64,000 nucleotides of DNA from Clostridia bacterium (lineage in GTDB: Bacteria > Bacillota > Clostridia > Christensenellales > CAG-138), in NCBI GenBank assembly GCA_017616435.1, contig JAFZYC010000045.1, positions 59,541-123,540 on the forward strand. The letters are read 5' to 3'. Numbering within the stretch: the first letter of the stretch is position 1; each line of letters starts with the position of its first letter. The notes beneath the pieces were generated by a model that worked only from the letters and a program-made list of their open reading frames with translations, had not been told where the DNA came from and did no database searches. This document shows, piece by piece, positions 56,367 through 64,000 of this stretch. The translations under genes and the position numbers were made by a program.

Positions 56367-57113
56367 ATGACCTCATTCAGGGAAGAGATAATCGGATATG
56401 TTTTAAAGAAATACGGCGCCTCGCCCGAGTATCTTTGGATGAGGTATCCCGATTACGCCGTGTTCCGCCACGCGGACAACGGCAAGTGGTTCGGGATAGT
56501 GATGGACGTCAAGAGGAGCAAGCTGGGGCTCGCCGGCTATGGAGCGGTCGATATCCTGAACGTAAAGGTCAAGGACCCGCTCCTTGCGGATCTTCTTATA
56601 AAGCAGCCGGGTTATCTGCGCGGGTATCACATAAGCCGGGGAAACTGGGTATCGATACTGCTTGACGGAACTGTGGAGCTCTGTGAAATCGAGCGGCTGC
56701 TCGACGGCAGCTTTGCCGCGACCGCCTCCGCCGAGAAAAAGCGCAGGATACGCCCGAAGAAGGAATGGCTCGTGCCCGCGAACCCCAAGTATTACGACAT
56801 CGAGCACGCGTTCGACGAAAAGGACGAGATCGCGTGGAAGCAGGGCGCGGGGATAATAAAGGGCGATACGGTGTTCATGTATGTCGCAGCCCCCGTCAAG
56901 GCGGTGCTGTACAAATGCGCCGTGACGGAGACGGATATCCCCTATCGGTTCGACGACGGCAGGCTTCAGATAAGGGCGCTGATGCGCATCAAGCTCATAA
57001 AGCGGTATGCGCCGGACAGGTTCACGTTCGCCGTGCTCGGCTCCGAATACGGCATATATGCCGTGCGCGGCCCGCGCGGTATCCCGAAGAGCCTTAGCGA
57101 CGCGCTTAAATGA
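56367..57113 (+). CDS. MmcQ/YjbR domain fused to a PUA-like domain (paralogue of 20594-21343)
   Basis: 248 aa, colinear with 20594-21343 along its full length (e.g. PDYAVFRHADNGKWFGIVMDV, WLVPANPKYYDI, GDTVFMYVAAPV). Confidence 0.65.
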   Translation: MTSFREEIIGYVLKKYGASPEYLWMRYPDYAVFRHADNGKWFGIVMDVKRSKLGLAGYGAVDILNVKVKDPLLADLLIKQPGYLRGYHISRGNWVSILLDGTVELCEIERLLDGSFAATASAEKKRRIRPKKEWLVPANPKYYDIEHAFDEKDEIAWKQGAGIIKGDTVFMYVAAPVKAVLYKCAVTETDIPYRFDDGRLQIRALMRIKLIKRYAPDRFTFAVLGSEYGIYAVRGPRGIPKSLSDALK

Positions 57114-57128
57114 GGAAGGAGCGGACTT

Positions 57129-57779
57129 ATGCTTGAAAGGATAGGCGAGTTCTTCGAAGCGAGGCTCGAAGGCTACGATGAGCATCAGCTTACGACCATC
57201 GAGTCCGCGCGCGAGTTCTATCCGTTCACGGCGGCTTGTCTGCCGAGAGATAAAAACGCCCGCGTGCTCGACCTCGGCTGCGGCACGGGGCTGGAGCTCG
57301 AGGAGTATTTCAGGCTCGTACCCGATGCGGAAGTGACCGGCATCGACCTCGCGCCGGGCATGCTGCGTGCGCTTGGAAAAAAGTTCCCCGATAAGGCCCT
57401 TACGCTCATCACCGGGTCGTATTTCGACGTGCCCTTCGGGGAGGCCATGTTCGACGCGGCGGTATCGGTCGAATCTCTCCACCATTTCACAAAGGAAGAA
57501 AAGATCCCGCTCTACATAAAGCTCAAGCACGCGCTGAAGCGGGACGGTTATTTTATACTTACGGATTATTTCTCCCTCTCCGAAGAGGAGGAGGCCTCTT
57601 ACAGGCGGGAGCTTCTGCGCCTTATCGGGGAGCAGGGCCTTCCCGAGGACGGATCGTACCATTTCGACACGCCTTTGACCGCGGCTCATGAAACGGAGGC
57701 GCTCCTCGCCGCCGGGTTCGCCTCGGTCGAGGTGCTCAAAAGCTGGGGCCATACGTTCACGCTCAAAGCCAAGCGGTGA
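57129..57779 (+). CDS. Class I SAM-dependent methyltransferase
   Basis: 216 aa. Motif I VLDLGCGTG. Confidence 0.75.
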   Translation: MLERIGEFFEARLEGYDEHQLTTIESAREFYPFTAACLPRDKNARVLDLGCGTGLELEEYFRLVPDAEVTGIDLAPGMLRALGKKFPDKALTLITGSYFDVPFGEAMFDAAVSVESLHHFTKEEKIPLYIKLKHALKRDGYFILTDYFSLSEEEEASYRRELLRLIGEQGLPEDGSYHFDTPLTAAHETEALLAAGFASVEVLKSWGHTFTLKAKR

Positions 57780-57802
57780 GCGGAACAGCCGGTGCCGGAC
57801 TA

Positions 57803-57830
57803 TTGATTTTACGGCGCGATGTGATATAAT
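57803..57830 (+). promoter_or_regulatory. Candidate promoter of the GATase-less GMP synthase gene
   Basis: TTGATT (57803-57808), 16 nt spacer, TGaTATAAT (extended -10, 57822-57830). Confidence 0.55.
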
Positions 57831-57860
57831 CTACGCAATAATTTTTCGGAGGTAAAAGCC

Positions 57861-58844
57861 ATGCCCATTCTTGTCAGACCCGAAAACATGGAGCGCATCA
57901 CCACCCCCGCCCTCGCGGAGGCGTTCATAGCCGAACAGATCGCGGATATCCGCGCGCAGGTCGGCGATAAAAAGGTGCTGCTCGCCCTCTCCGGCGGCGT
58001 CGATTCTTCCGTCGTCGCGGCGCTGCTTATAAGAGCCATAGGAAAGCAGCTTGTCTGCGTGCACGTCAATCACGGCCTGCTTCGCAAGGGCGAGCCGGAA
58101 CAGGTGATAAAGGTCTTCCGCGGCGAGATGGACGCCAATCTCATCTACGTCGACGCGGTCGACAGGTTCCTTGACAAGCTCGCCGGGATATCCGATCCCG
58201 AGACGAAGCGAAAGATCATCGGCGGAGAGTTCATAGACGTATTCGCCGAGGAGGCGAGGAAGCTCGACGGCATCGAGTTCCTTGCGCAGGGCACGATCTG
58301 GCCCGACATACTCGAATCCGAAAAGGGCATTAAGGCGCACCACAACGCCGGCGGCCTGCCCGAGGATCTGAAGTTCGCTCTGGTCGAGCCGGTCCGCATA
58401 CTCTTCAAGGACGAGGTCCGCGTGGTCGGCAAGGCGTTGGGTCTTCCCGACAACATGGTCTACCGTCAGCCCTTCCCCGGCCCCGGTCTCGGCGTAAGAT
58501 GCCTCGGCGCCATCACCCGCGACAGGCTCGAGGCCGTGCGCGAATCCGACGCGATACTGCGCGAGGAGTTCGCCGCGAACGGCCTTGCGGGCAAGGTCTG
58601 GCAGTATTTCACGATAGTGCCCGATTTCAAGTCCGTCGGCATCAAGGACGGCCGCCGCTGCGACGAGTGGCCCGTCATAATCCGCGCCGTCAACACGCGC
58701 GACGCGATGACCGCCGCCGTGGAGGACGTCCCCTTTGCGCTTCTTGAGCGCATCACCGCCCGCATCACCCATGAGGTCAAGGGCGTGAACCGCGTGCTTT
58801 ACGATCTCACGCCGAAGCCCACCGGGACGATCGAATGGGAATAA
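57861..58844 (+). CDS. GMP synthase ATP-pyrophosphatase + dimerisation domains only (GuaA C-terminal-type protein, no GATase domain)
   Basis: 327 aa. P-loop SGGVDSS, QPFPGPGLGVR, C-terminus PTGTIEWE. It is colinear with residues about 190-506 of guaA at 47749-49269. GVMGDSRTYDY is replaced by GIKDGRRCDEW. Confidence 0.85.
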   Translation: MPILVRPENMERITTPALAEAFIAEQIADIRAQVGDKKVLLALSGGVDSSVVAALLIRAIGKQLVCVHVNHGLLRKGEPEQVIKVFRGEMDANLIYVDAVDRFLDKLAGISDPETKRKIIGGEFIDVFAEEARKLDGIEFLAQGTIWPDILESEKGIKAHHNAGGLPEDLKFALVEPVRILFKDEVRVVGKALGLPDNMVYRQPFPGPGLGVRCLGAITRDRLEAVRESDAILREEFAANGLAGKVWQYFTIVPDFKSVGIKDGRRCDEWPVIIRAVNTRDAMTAAVEDVPFALLERITARITHEVKGVNRVLYDLTPKPTGTIEWE

Positions 58845-59011
58845 TCTCCAGACGCCGGAAAAGCTAATTAGAACATGGTTTTTTCAGAAGCGTGAACCGT
58901 CTTTGATAACGAATTGATAACAAGTCTCTGATCGTCATCATTCCCGTTCCGACCGGTTGTGGGGTAAAGGAATGATCCCAAGAGGCTTGCTGGAAAAGGA
59001 TCCGTATTATA

Positions 59012-59049
59012 AAGCCCTTCGCTGTGGATATGCAGCGGAGGGCTTTTAT
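59012..59049. terminator. Bidirectional hairpin terminator near the left end of the element
   Basis: 13-bp arms aagcccttcgctg (59012-59024) and cagcggagggctt (59033-59045), with one G-U pair and T-rich flanks on both strands. Confidence 0.65.
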
Positions 59050-59080
59050 GTATTTCATAATCAGTTTTCGTAATATGAAG

Positions 59081-59611
59081 TCAGTCAGTCTCGAGCTTGT
59101 CCTTGAAGGCTTCAACAAGCGTATCGCTGAGTTCAGCGGACGGAACGCTTGCCCAGTTCTGGGTGGTGTCGTACTTGGGATAGTTGTAGCGCCAACGGTT
59201 GTACTCTTCCCTGCTCATTTCTCCCCTGCGGGTCTTGTCGGACATGGCGGCCCAAGCGAGCACCATCTGAGATATGCTTGCGGCGTCCCTGCCCTTGCGC
59301 GGATCGAAGCGGAGCGCAACGTCGCCGTCGCGGTTCTCGACCGTAAGGCCATAGCGATCCTCGAGCGTGAACAGAGTGTGCATAAGCCCGAGATAGCTGT
59401 CGATATCGGGAACGTCAAGAGCAAGAGGCGAGACCTCGAGCACGGAAGCAAGTGCGTTTGTCAGCTCTTCCTTCGGAGTGCGCGCTCCGGTCTCATACTG
59501 CGTCATGCGGATATCCGCCGTCTTTTCGGGAAGACCTGCGAGCGTCCCAAGGTACTTCTGCGTCATTCCGCGCAGATTGCGGATATAACGGATCCTCTCT
59601 CCAATAGCCAT
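59081..59611 (-). CDS. XRE/Cro-CI-family HTH regulator with a C-terminal extension
   Basis: 176 aa. N-terminus MAIGERIRYIRNLRGMTQKYLGTLAG. It is divergent from the xis/int promoter. Confidence 0.8.
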   Translation of the reverse strand: MAIGERIRYIRNLRGMTQKYLGTLAGLPEKTADIRMTQYETGARTPKEELTNALASVLEVSPLALDVPDIDSYLGLMHTLFTLEDRYGLTVENRDGDVALRFDPRKGRDAASISQMVLAWAAMSDKTRRGEMSREEYNRWRYNYPKYDTTQNWASVPSAELSDTLVEAFKDKLETD

Positions 59612-59712
59612 AATAAACCTCCATAGCCTGTTGTTACTATAAGCATAGCATATTAGTTTAATGATTTCAATTGTATAAACAAATATATTTTATTTTTAGG
59701 GAACCAAAGCGC

Positions 59713-59741
59713 TTGACATTACGTTATATGTTTAGTATAAT
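59713..59741 (+). promoter_or_regulatory. Consensus sigma-A promoter driving xis-int
   Basis: TTGACA (59713-59718), 17 nt spacer, TATAAT (59736-59741), inside a very AT-rich divergent intergenic region. Confidence 0.7.
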
Positions 59742-59862
59742 TGATAAAGTGCACATTTTTGTTTATGGCGTATTCTACCTGTGACATGATGCTTAGATGA
59801 GACTGCATCGATACGGCCGAGTGCTTTATCAACTGCTCAGCAGCATGGAAGGAGGTGAGAGT

Positions 59863-60063
59863 ATGCCTAATTTTTTACGAGCAGATGAGGTTGCTAAGAT
59901 CCTTGGTGTATCCAAGCCCTACGCTTACAAGCTTATCCGAAAAATGAACGAAGAGCTTAAGGCAAAGGGATTCATAACGATATCCGGAAGGATCAGCAGC
60001 CAGTATTTGAACGAAAGGTTCTATGGAACCGGAAAGGAGGAAAAAGAGAATGCCGGTATTTAA
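59863..60063 (+). CDS. Excisionase-type helix-turn-helix DNA-binding protein
   Basis: The track start is 59797. ATG 59863 has a GGAAGGAGGTGA RBS. The 66-aa product starts MPNFLRADEVAKILGVSKPYAYKLIRKMN. Confidence 0.7.
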   Translation: MPNFLRADEVAKILGVSKPYAYKLIRKMNEELKAKGFITISGRISSQYLNERFYGTGKEEKENAGI

Positions 60064-61123
60064 GAACAACGACAACGGAACATGGTATGTAATGGCCTGG
60101 TACACGAACTGGAAGGGCGAACGCAAGCAGAAATGCAAGCGCGGCTTTTCAACCAAGCGGGAAGCTCAGGAATGGGAACGCATCTTCAAAATGCAGAGCG
60201 CCGGGGATATGGACATGACCTTCGAAGCCTTTACGGAGCTTTACGAAAAGGATATCCGCCCGAGGCTCAAGGAAAACACGTGGCTCACGAAGGAGCACAT
60301 CATCAAAACGAAGCTCCTGCCGTTTTTCGGGAAGCGGAACATCAGCGAGATCACCGCAAAGGACGTGATCGCTTGGCAGAACGAGCTGCTTGCCTATCGG
60401 GATGAAAAGAAGCGGCCCTATTCCCAGACGTATCTGAAAACGGTCCACAATCAGCTCAGTGCGATATTCAATCACGCTGTGCGGCACTATGAGCTCCGCG
60501 CCAACCCCGCCGCCAAAGCGGGAAGCATGGGCGATAAGGACGGCGGCAACATCAGCTTCTGGACTAAGGATGAGTACAAGCGCTTTGCCGATGAGATGAT
60601 GGACAAGCCCATATCCTACTACGCCTTCGAAATGCTCTACTGGTGCGGGATACGTGAGGGCGAGCTGCTGGCGCTGACGCCTGCGGATTTCGACTTCAAG
60701 GCCGGTACAGTCAAGATCAGCAAATCGTATCAGCGGCTTCACGGCAAGGATGTGATCACGAGCCCGAAGACGAAGAAGAGCAACCGCACTGTGAAGATGC
60801 CCCCGTTCCTCTGCGAGGAGATACAGGATTATCTGAAAATGCAGTACGGCCTCGGCAGGACGGACCGTATCTTCCCCATCACCAAGAGCTATCTGCACCG
60901 TGAGATGGACCGCGGCTCAAAGGCCGCCGGAGTAAAGCGCATCCGTGTTCACGATCTTCGCCACAGCCACGTTTCACTGCTGATCGACATGGGATTCACT
61001 CCCGTCGCCATTGCGGACAGGCTCGGTCACGAAAGCATCGAGATCACCCTGCGCTACGCACACCTGTTCCCGTCAAAACAGACGGAAATGATTGAAAAAC
61101 TTGAACATGAAAGGATAGATTGA
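60050..61123 (+). CDS. int: Tyrosine site-specific integrase (Tn916-like, with an N-terminal AP2/arm-binding domain)
   Basis: ATG 60050 has an AAAGGAGG RBS. N-terminus NGTWYVMAWYTNWKGERKQKCKRGFSTKREA. Catalytic motifs HDLRHSH, LGH and RYAHL (Tyr). Confidence 0.88.
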   Translation: MPVFKNNDNGTWYVMAWYTNWKGERKQKCKRGFSTKREAQEWERIFKMQSAGDMDMTFEAFTELYEKDIRPRLKENTWLTKEHIIKTKLLPFFGKRNISEITAKDVIAWQNELLAYRDEKKRPYSQTYLKTVHNQLSAIFNHAVRHYELRANPAAKAGSMGDKDGGNISFWTKDEYKRFADEMMDKPISYYAFEMLYWCGIREGELLALTPADFDFKAGTVKISKSYQRLHGKDVITSPKTKKSNRTVKMPPFLCEEIQDYLKMQYGLGRTDRIFPITKSYLHREMDRGSKAAGVKRIRVHDLRHSHVSLLIDMGFTPVAIADRLGHESIEITLRYAHLFPSKQTEMIEKLEHERID

Positions 61124-61126
61124 ATT

Positions 61127-61453
61127 ATGTCAGCCAAAAACCGAGACGAACACGGACGCTTCCGGAATATTACCGTCGGATTCCGCGTTTCGCCGGAAGA
61201 AAACGAGCAGATCAATACGGCCGTCGCGCTGTCGGGTCTGCCCAAGCAGGAATACTGCTACAGAAAATGCCTGAACCGCGATATCGTGGTTCAGGGGAAC
61301 CCGATGGTTTACAAGGCCCTGCGGGATCAACTCGCCGCCGTGCTCGATGAACTCAGGCGCATCGAAGCCGCCGGCGATATCCGTGACGAGCTTTTTGAAA
61401 ACATCGAGCTTATCACGAAAACACTGCTCGGTATGAAGGAGGGATGCTCGTGA
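61127..61453 (+). CDS. MobC-like / ribbon-helix-helix mobilisation accessory protein
   Basis: 108 aa. ITVGFRVSPEENEQINTAVALSGLPKQEYCYRKCL fits the R-L-T-P-E-E...S-x-Y-x-R MobC pattern. Confidence 0.55.
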   Translation: MSAKNRDEHGRFRNITVGFRVSPEENEQINTAVALSGLPKQEYCYRKCLNRDIVVQGNPMVYKALRDQLAAVLDELRRIEAAGDIRDELFENIELITKTLLGMKEGCS

Positions 61454-62595
61454 GTGATGGAAAAGAAAAGATGACCGCCGAAGAAGTATCTGTTGGCGCA
61501 GATACAAGGCAGTCACCACTCTCAACTTCGAATATTATAGCAGATTACGATGGTTTTTGCAACACCGATGAAGAAGAAATCTTCATCGATCCGCGAAAGC
61601 TCGATCCGCGCTATATCGAAACGGTCACGATGCAGGGTCTGCTCGACACGGCTTTCATGCCCAGACTGCCCATAATCGAGGGCTTCCTCTACCCCGGCAC
61701 CTACCTCATGGCAGGCTCGCCGAAGATAGGAAAATCCTTCCTCGTGACTCAGATCAGCTATGCGATAGCGACGGGAACTCCTCTCTGGGGAATGCCGGTC
61801 AGGCAGGGCTCCGTGCTCTACCTCGCGTTGGAGGACGATTGCCAGAGGCTCCAGAAGCGCGTCTCGCGCATGTTCGGTATCGAAGGCACCGCCGCCCTCC
61901 ATTTCGCGACGCAGGCAAGGTCGGTCGAAAACGGCCTCATGCAGCAGCTTGAGGGCTTCATCCGCGAGCATAACGATACAAAGCTCATAATCATCGATAC
62001 GCTGCAGAAGGTGCGCGGCGACGATGGAGAAAAGTACAGCTATGCTAACGACTATCAGATCATCTCAAGCCTCAAAGCGCTGACGGATGCAAACCCGATC
62101 GCGGTACTGATCGTTCATCACACCCGCAAGCAGGACGCCGAGGATAAATTCGATATGATCTCCGGCACTACCGGGCTGCTCGGCTCCGCGGACGGCGCGT
62201 TCCTCCTCCGGAAGGAGAAGCGGACAAGCCCCGAGGCGACGCTCGACGTGGTCGGCCGCGATCAGCAGGATCTGAGGTTCAAGCTGCTCTTCAGCTACGA
62301 GACCTGTACCTTCGATCTCACCGAAACGGAGACCGAGCTGTGGAAGGATCCGCCCGATCCCACCCTCGACGCAGTAGCGGCTCTGGTTAATGCGGAGTCT
62401 CCGGTATGGGAAGGCACGGCTACGGAGTTGGCGCATAGGATCGGAAGCGAAATGCTCCCGCATCATCTTTCCAGAAAGCTGAACGTAAATGTCGCGAGGC
62501 TGCTTGCCGAGCATGGCGTTCTGTATGCGCCTTCCCGCTCGCACGACGGACGCAGGGTGAGGCTTTACTTCGCAGGAGGAAAGGGCAGCCGGTGA
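61444..62595 (+). CDS. RecA-fold AAA_25/RepA-like ATPase
   Basis: 383 aa. Walker A GSPKIGKSF and Walker B KLIIIDTLQ. The exact start is ambiguous (61444, 61450 or 61471). Confidence 0.7.
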   Translation: MLVSDGKEKMTAEEVSVGADTRQSPLSTSNIIADYDGFCNTDEEEIFIDPRKLDPRYIETVTMQGLLDTAFMPRLPIIEGFLYPGTYLMAGSPKIGKSFLVTQISYAIATGTPLWGMPVRQGSVLYLALEDDCQRLQKRVSRMFGIEGTAALHFATQARSVENGLMQQLEGFIREHNDTKLIIIDTLQKVRGDDGEKYSYANDYQIISSLKALTDANPIAVLIVHHTRKQDAEDKFDMISGTTGLLGSADGAFLLRKEKRTSPEATLDVVGRDQQDLRFKLLFSYETCTFDLTETETELWKDPPDPTLDAVAALVNAESPVWEGTATELAHRIGSEMLPHHLSRKLNVNVARLLAEHGVLYAPSRSHDGRRVRLYFAGGKGSR

Positions 62596-62925
62596 CGCTC
62601 CGCGACGCTCGTGACGCTGATTTGCACACTATCAGATTTAGCGTCACGGAGCGACACGCGCGGGGCTTTGGCCTCAAAAATGCCTTACGATATAAGGGTA
62701 AAATTGCGTGACGCTAAAATATCGCTGAGCGTCACGCGCGACGGTAAACCCATCAAGGCGATAAGGTGAGTTTATCGAAGAAGCCCGTTATTCAAGAAGG
62801 GGCGGAGGCTAAGTACTTCCCCTCCGCTCCTTCGGTGGGCAGGGCCGGCCCCGCAGGGCGCAACAGCACTTTTGGCGGGCGAAGACTGACAAAAGTGCTT
62901 TTGCGTTACTTTCGCGGAAAGTAAC
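62592..62925. other. Candidate oriT/origin region: CGTGACGCT iteron-like motifs plus inverted repeats upstream of the relaxase gene
   Basis: gtgacgct occurs at 62592-62599, 62611-62618 and 62708-62715. The complement agcgtcac occurs at 62640-62647 and 62728-62735. Inverted repeats: 62706-62715/62728-62737; agcacttttg/caaaagtgct at 62865-62874/62890-62899; gttactttc/gaaagtaac at 62905-62913/62917-62925. Confidence 0.5.
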
Positions 62926-62951
62926 AAAGGCATTAACCCGAGGTGAATAAT

Positions 62952-64000
62952 ATGAGAAGAACGATAAGTGCAATGGTCGGGAAGGGCTCCGCCAACCACA
63001 ACAGCCGCAGATTTATAGCGGAGAACGTGGACGGCTCCCGTACCCGATACAACATAAGTTACATCGATGAACCCCTCAAAAAGGTTTATCACGAACTATT
63101 CGACGAAGCGCTTGAGCGCTACAACTCCAAGCAAAAACGCAAGGACCGGATCATCCCCGATTACTATGAGAAGATCCGGTTAAGCCGGCAGGAGAAGCCG
63201 TTTCACGAGATCATACTGCAGATAGGCGATAAGAGCAACATGGCCTCCGGAACGGAAAACGGCGAACTGGCAAGGGAGGTGCTCGACGAGTACTTCAAGG
63301 GCTTTAAGGCCCGCAACCCGAACCTCCGTGTGTTCTCCGCTCACATCCACATGGACGAAGCGACGCCGCATATCCACATCGACTTCGTCCCGTTCACGAC
63401 CGGAAGCAAGCGAGGTCTCGATACCCGCGTTTCCCTGAAGCAGGCATTGGCCGCGCAGGGATTCAAGGGAGGCACGCGCGGCGATACCGAGTGGGCGCAG
63501 TGGGTTGCGAGCGAGAAGCTCGAGCTCGCCGCCGTGATGGAGCGTTACGGTATCGAGTGGGAGCAGAAGGGCACTCACGAGGAGCACCTCTCCGTGCTCG
63601 ACTTCAAGAAGCAGGAGCGGGCGAAGGAGCTCGCCGCGCTCGAAGCCGAGCTTGCTGCAAAGCAGGATGAGCTCTCTGATGTACAACGCCGACTGGATAG
63701 CGCAGACACCGCCGAGGAGAAGCTCGCAGGCATAGAGTACAAGCTCAGCCGCGATGAGGATTATGCGGTCCCCGAACCGCCAAAACTCATGAGTGCGAAG
63801 ACCTACCGCGAGCGGTTCGTCGTCCCGCTTGTCGATCGGCTAAAGCAGCTCGTGCGCGCGGTGCTCGTCTCCTGCGTTAAAGCGTGGGACAAAATCGCGC
63901 TGCTGCGCGGCGAGAACGAGGAACTCGAAAACGAGAACCGCCGGCTGGAAGAGCGGCTTGCTTCGCTCGAAGAGAAGAACGACCAATTACACAAACAGAC
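62952..64000 (+). CDS. MobV-family (Pre/Mob) relaxase, 3' end outside the window
   Basis: It is not in the ORF track because it has no stop in the window. ATG 62952 has an AGGTGA RBS. Hand translation gives MRRTISAMVGKGSANHNSRRF (HxxR) and HIHMDEATPHIHIDFVP (HxDExxPHxH), then a coiled-coil tail. The frame is open to nt 64000. Confidence 0.82.
   Translation, partial: MRRTISAMVGKGSANHNSRRFIAENVDGSRTRYNISYIDEPLKKVYHELFDEALERYNSKQKRKDRIIPDYYEKIRLSRQEKPFHEIILQIGDKSNMASGTENGELAREVLDEYFKGFKARNPNLRVFSAHIHMDEATPHIHIDFVPFTTGSKRGLDTRVSLKQALAAQGFKGGTRGDTEWAQWVASEKLELAAVMERYGIEWEQKGTHEEHLSVLDFKKQERAKELAALEAELAAKQDELSDVQRRLDSADTAEEKLAGIEYKLSRDEDYAVPEPPKLMSAKTYRERFVVPLVDRLKQLVRAVLVSCVKAWDKIALLRGENEELENENRRLEERLASLEEKNDQLHKQ

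Larger units (their letters stand above)
58845..64000. mobile_element. Integrative mobilizable element (partial; right end outside the window) inserted directly 3' of the GMP-synthase-like gene
   Basis: Composition becomes AT-richer from about 58864. The gene set is XRE repressor, Xis-like HTH, tyrosine integrase, MobC-like protein, RecA-fold ATPase and MobV relaxase. The guaA 3' end is a known integration hotspot for Firmicutes ICE/IMEs. Confidence 0.75.

Noticed and set aside
53478-57752. Minus-strand ORFs 53478-55517 (679 aa) and 56403-57752 (449 aa)
   Set aside because: They are antisense to the M3B peptidase and to the YjbR-like/methyltransferase genes, each of which carries clear motifs.
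58864-59118. 84-aa minus-strand ORF at the left end of the element
   Set aside because: It has no RBS, runs through the bidirectional terminator hairpin, overlaps the 3' end of the XRE gene, and its sequence is nondescript.

Overview
This is a 64-kb window of a high-GC Firmicutes/Clostridia-like chromosome. Hand-counted sample lines are about 60% GC or more. The taxonomic guess rests on GC3-rich codons, SipW-type signal peptidases, a dockerin module and a class I LysRS. All calls are by-eye motif recognition; no database or HMM search was run. Most of the window is housekeeping: a MarR + two ABC exporter operon, yfcE, purF, a complete F-type ATP synthase operon, murG, alaX, class I lysK, xpt, an MFS transporter, guaA and two M3B oligoendopeptidases. 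Six regions stand out. (i) 1-9964 is a co-directional minus-strand locus. It holds two SipW-type signal peptidases, three TasA/camelysin-like secreted proteins (one with a (S/P)PXTG sortase signal), a PTEE-repeat anchor protein, an Lgt paralogue and a beta-helix protein of at least 1528 aa that the ORF track misses. I read it as a candidate undescribed surface-fibre system. (ii) 20594-25386 is an operon joining a CoADR-rhodanese-TusA-DsrE fusion, a 186-aa protein with five V-Y-G-G-P-type repeats, and a translationally coupled radical SAM/SPASM enzyme. I read it as a candidate RiPP-like system. (iii) 18.7-20.5 kb is a low-GC single-gene island encoding an NlpC/P60 protein. (iv) 16.8-17.5 kb is a rearrangement scar. 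(v) The ATP synthase operon contains a b-delta-alpha triple fusion. (vi) An integrative mobilizable element (XRE, Xis, Tyr integrase, MobC-like, RecA-fold ATPase, MobV relaxase) sits directly after a second, GATase-less GMP-synthase gene and runs off the right edge. I recognised no rRNA, tRNA or CRISPR. Many long ORFs in the track are antisense shadows, as expected in high-GC DNA.
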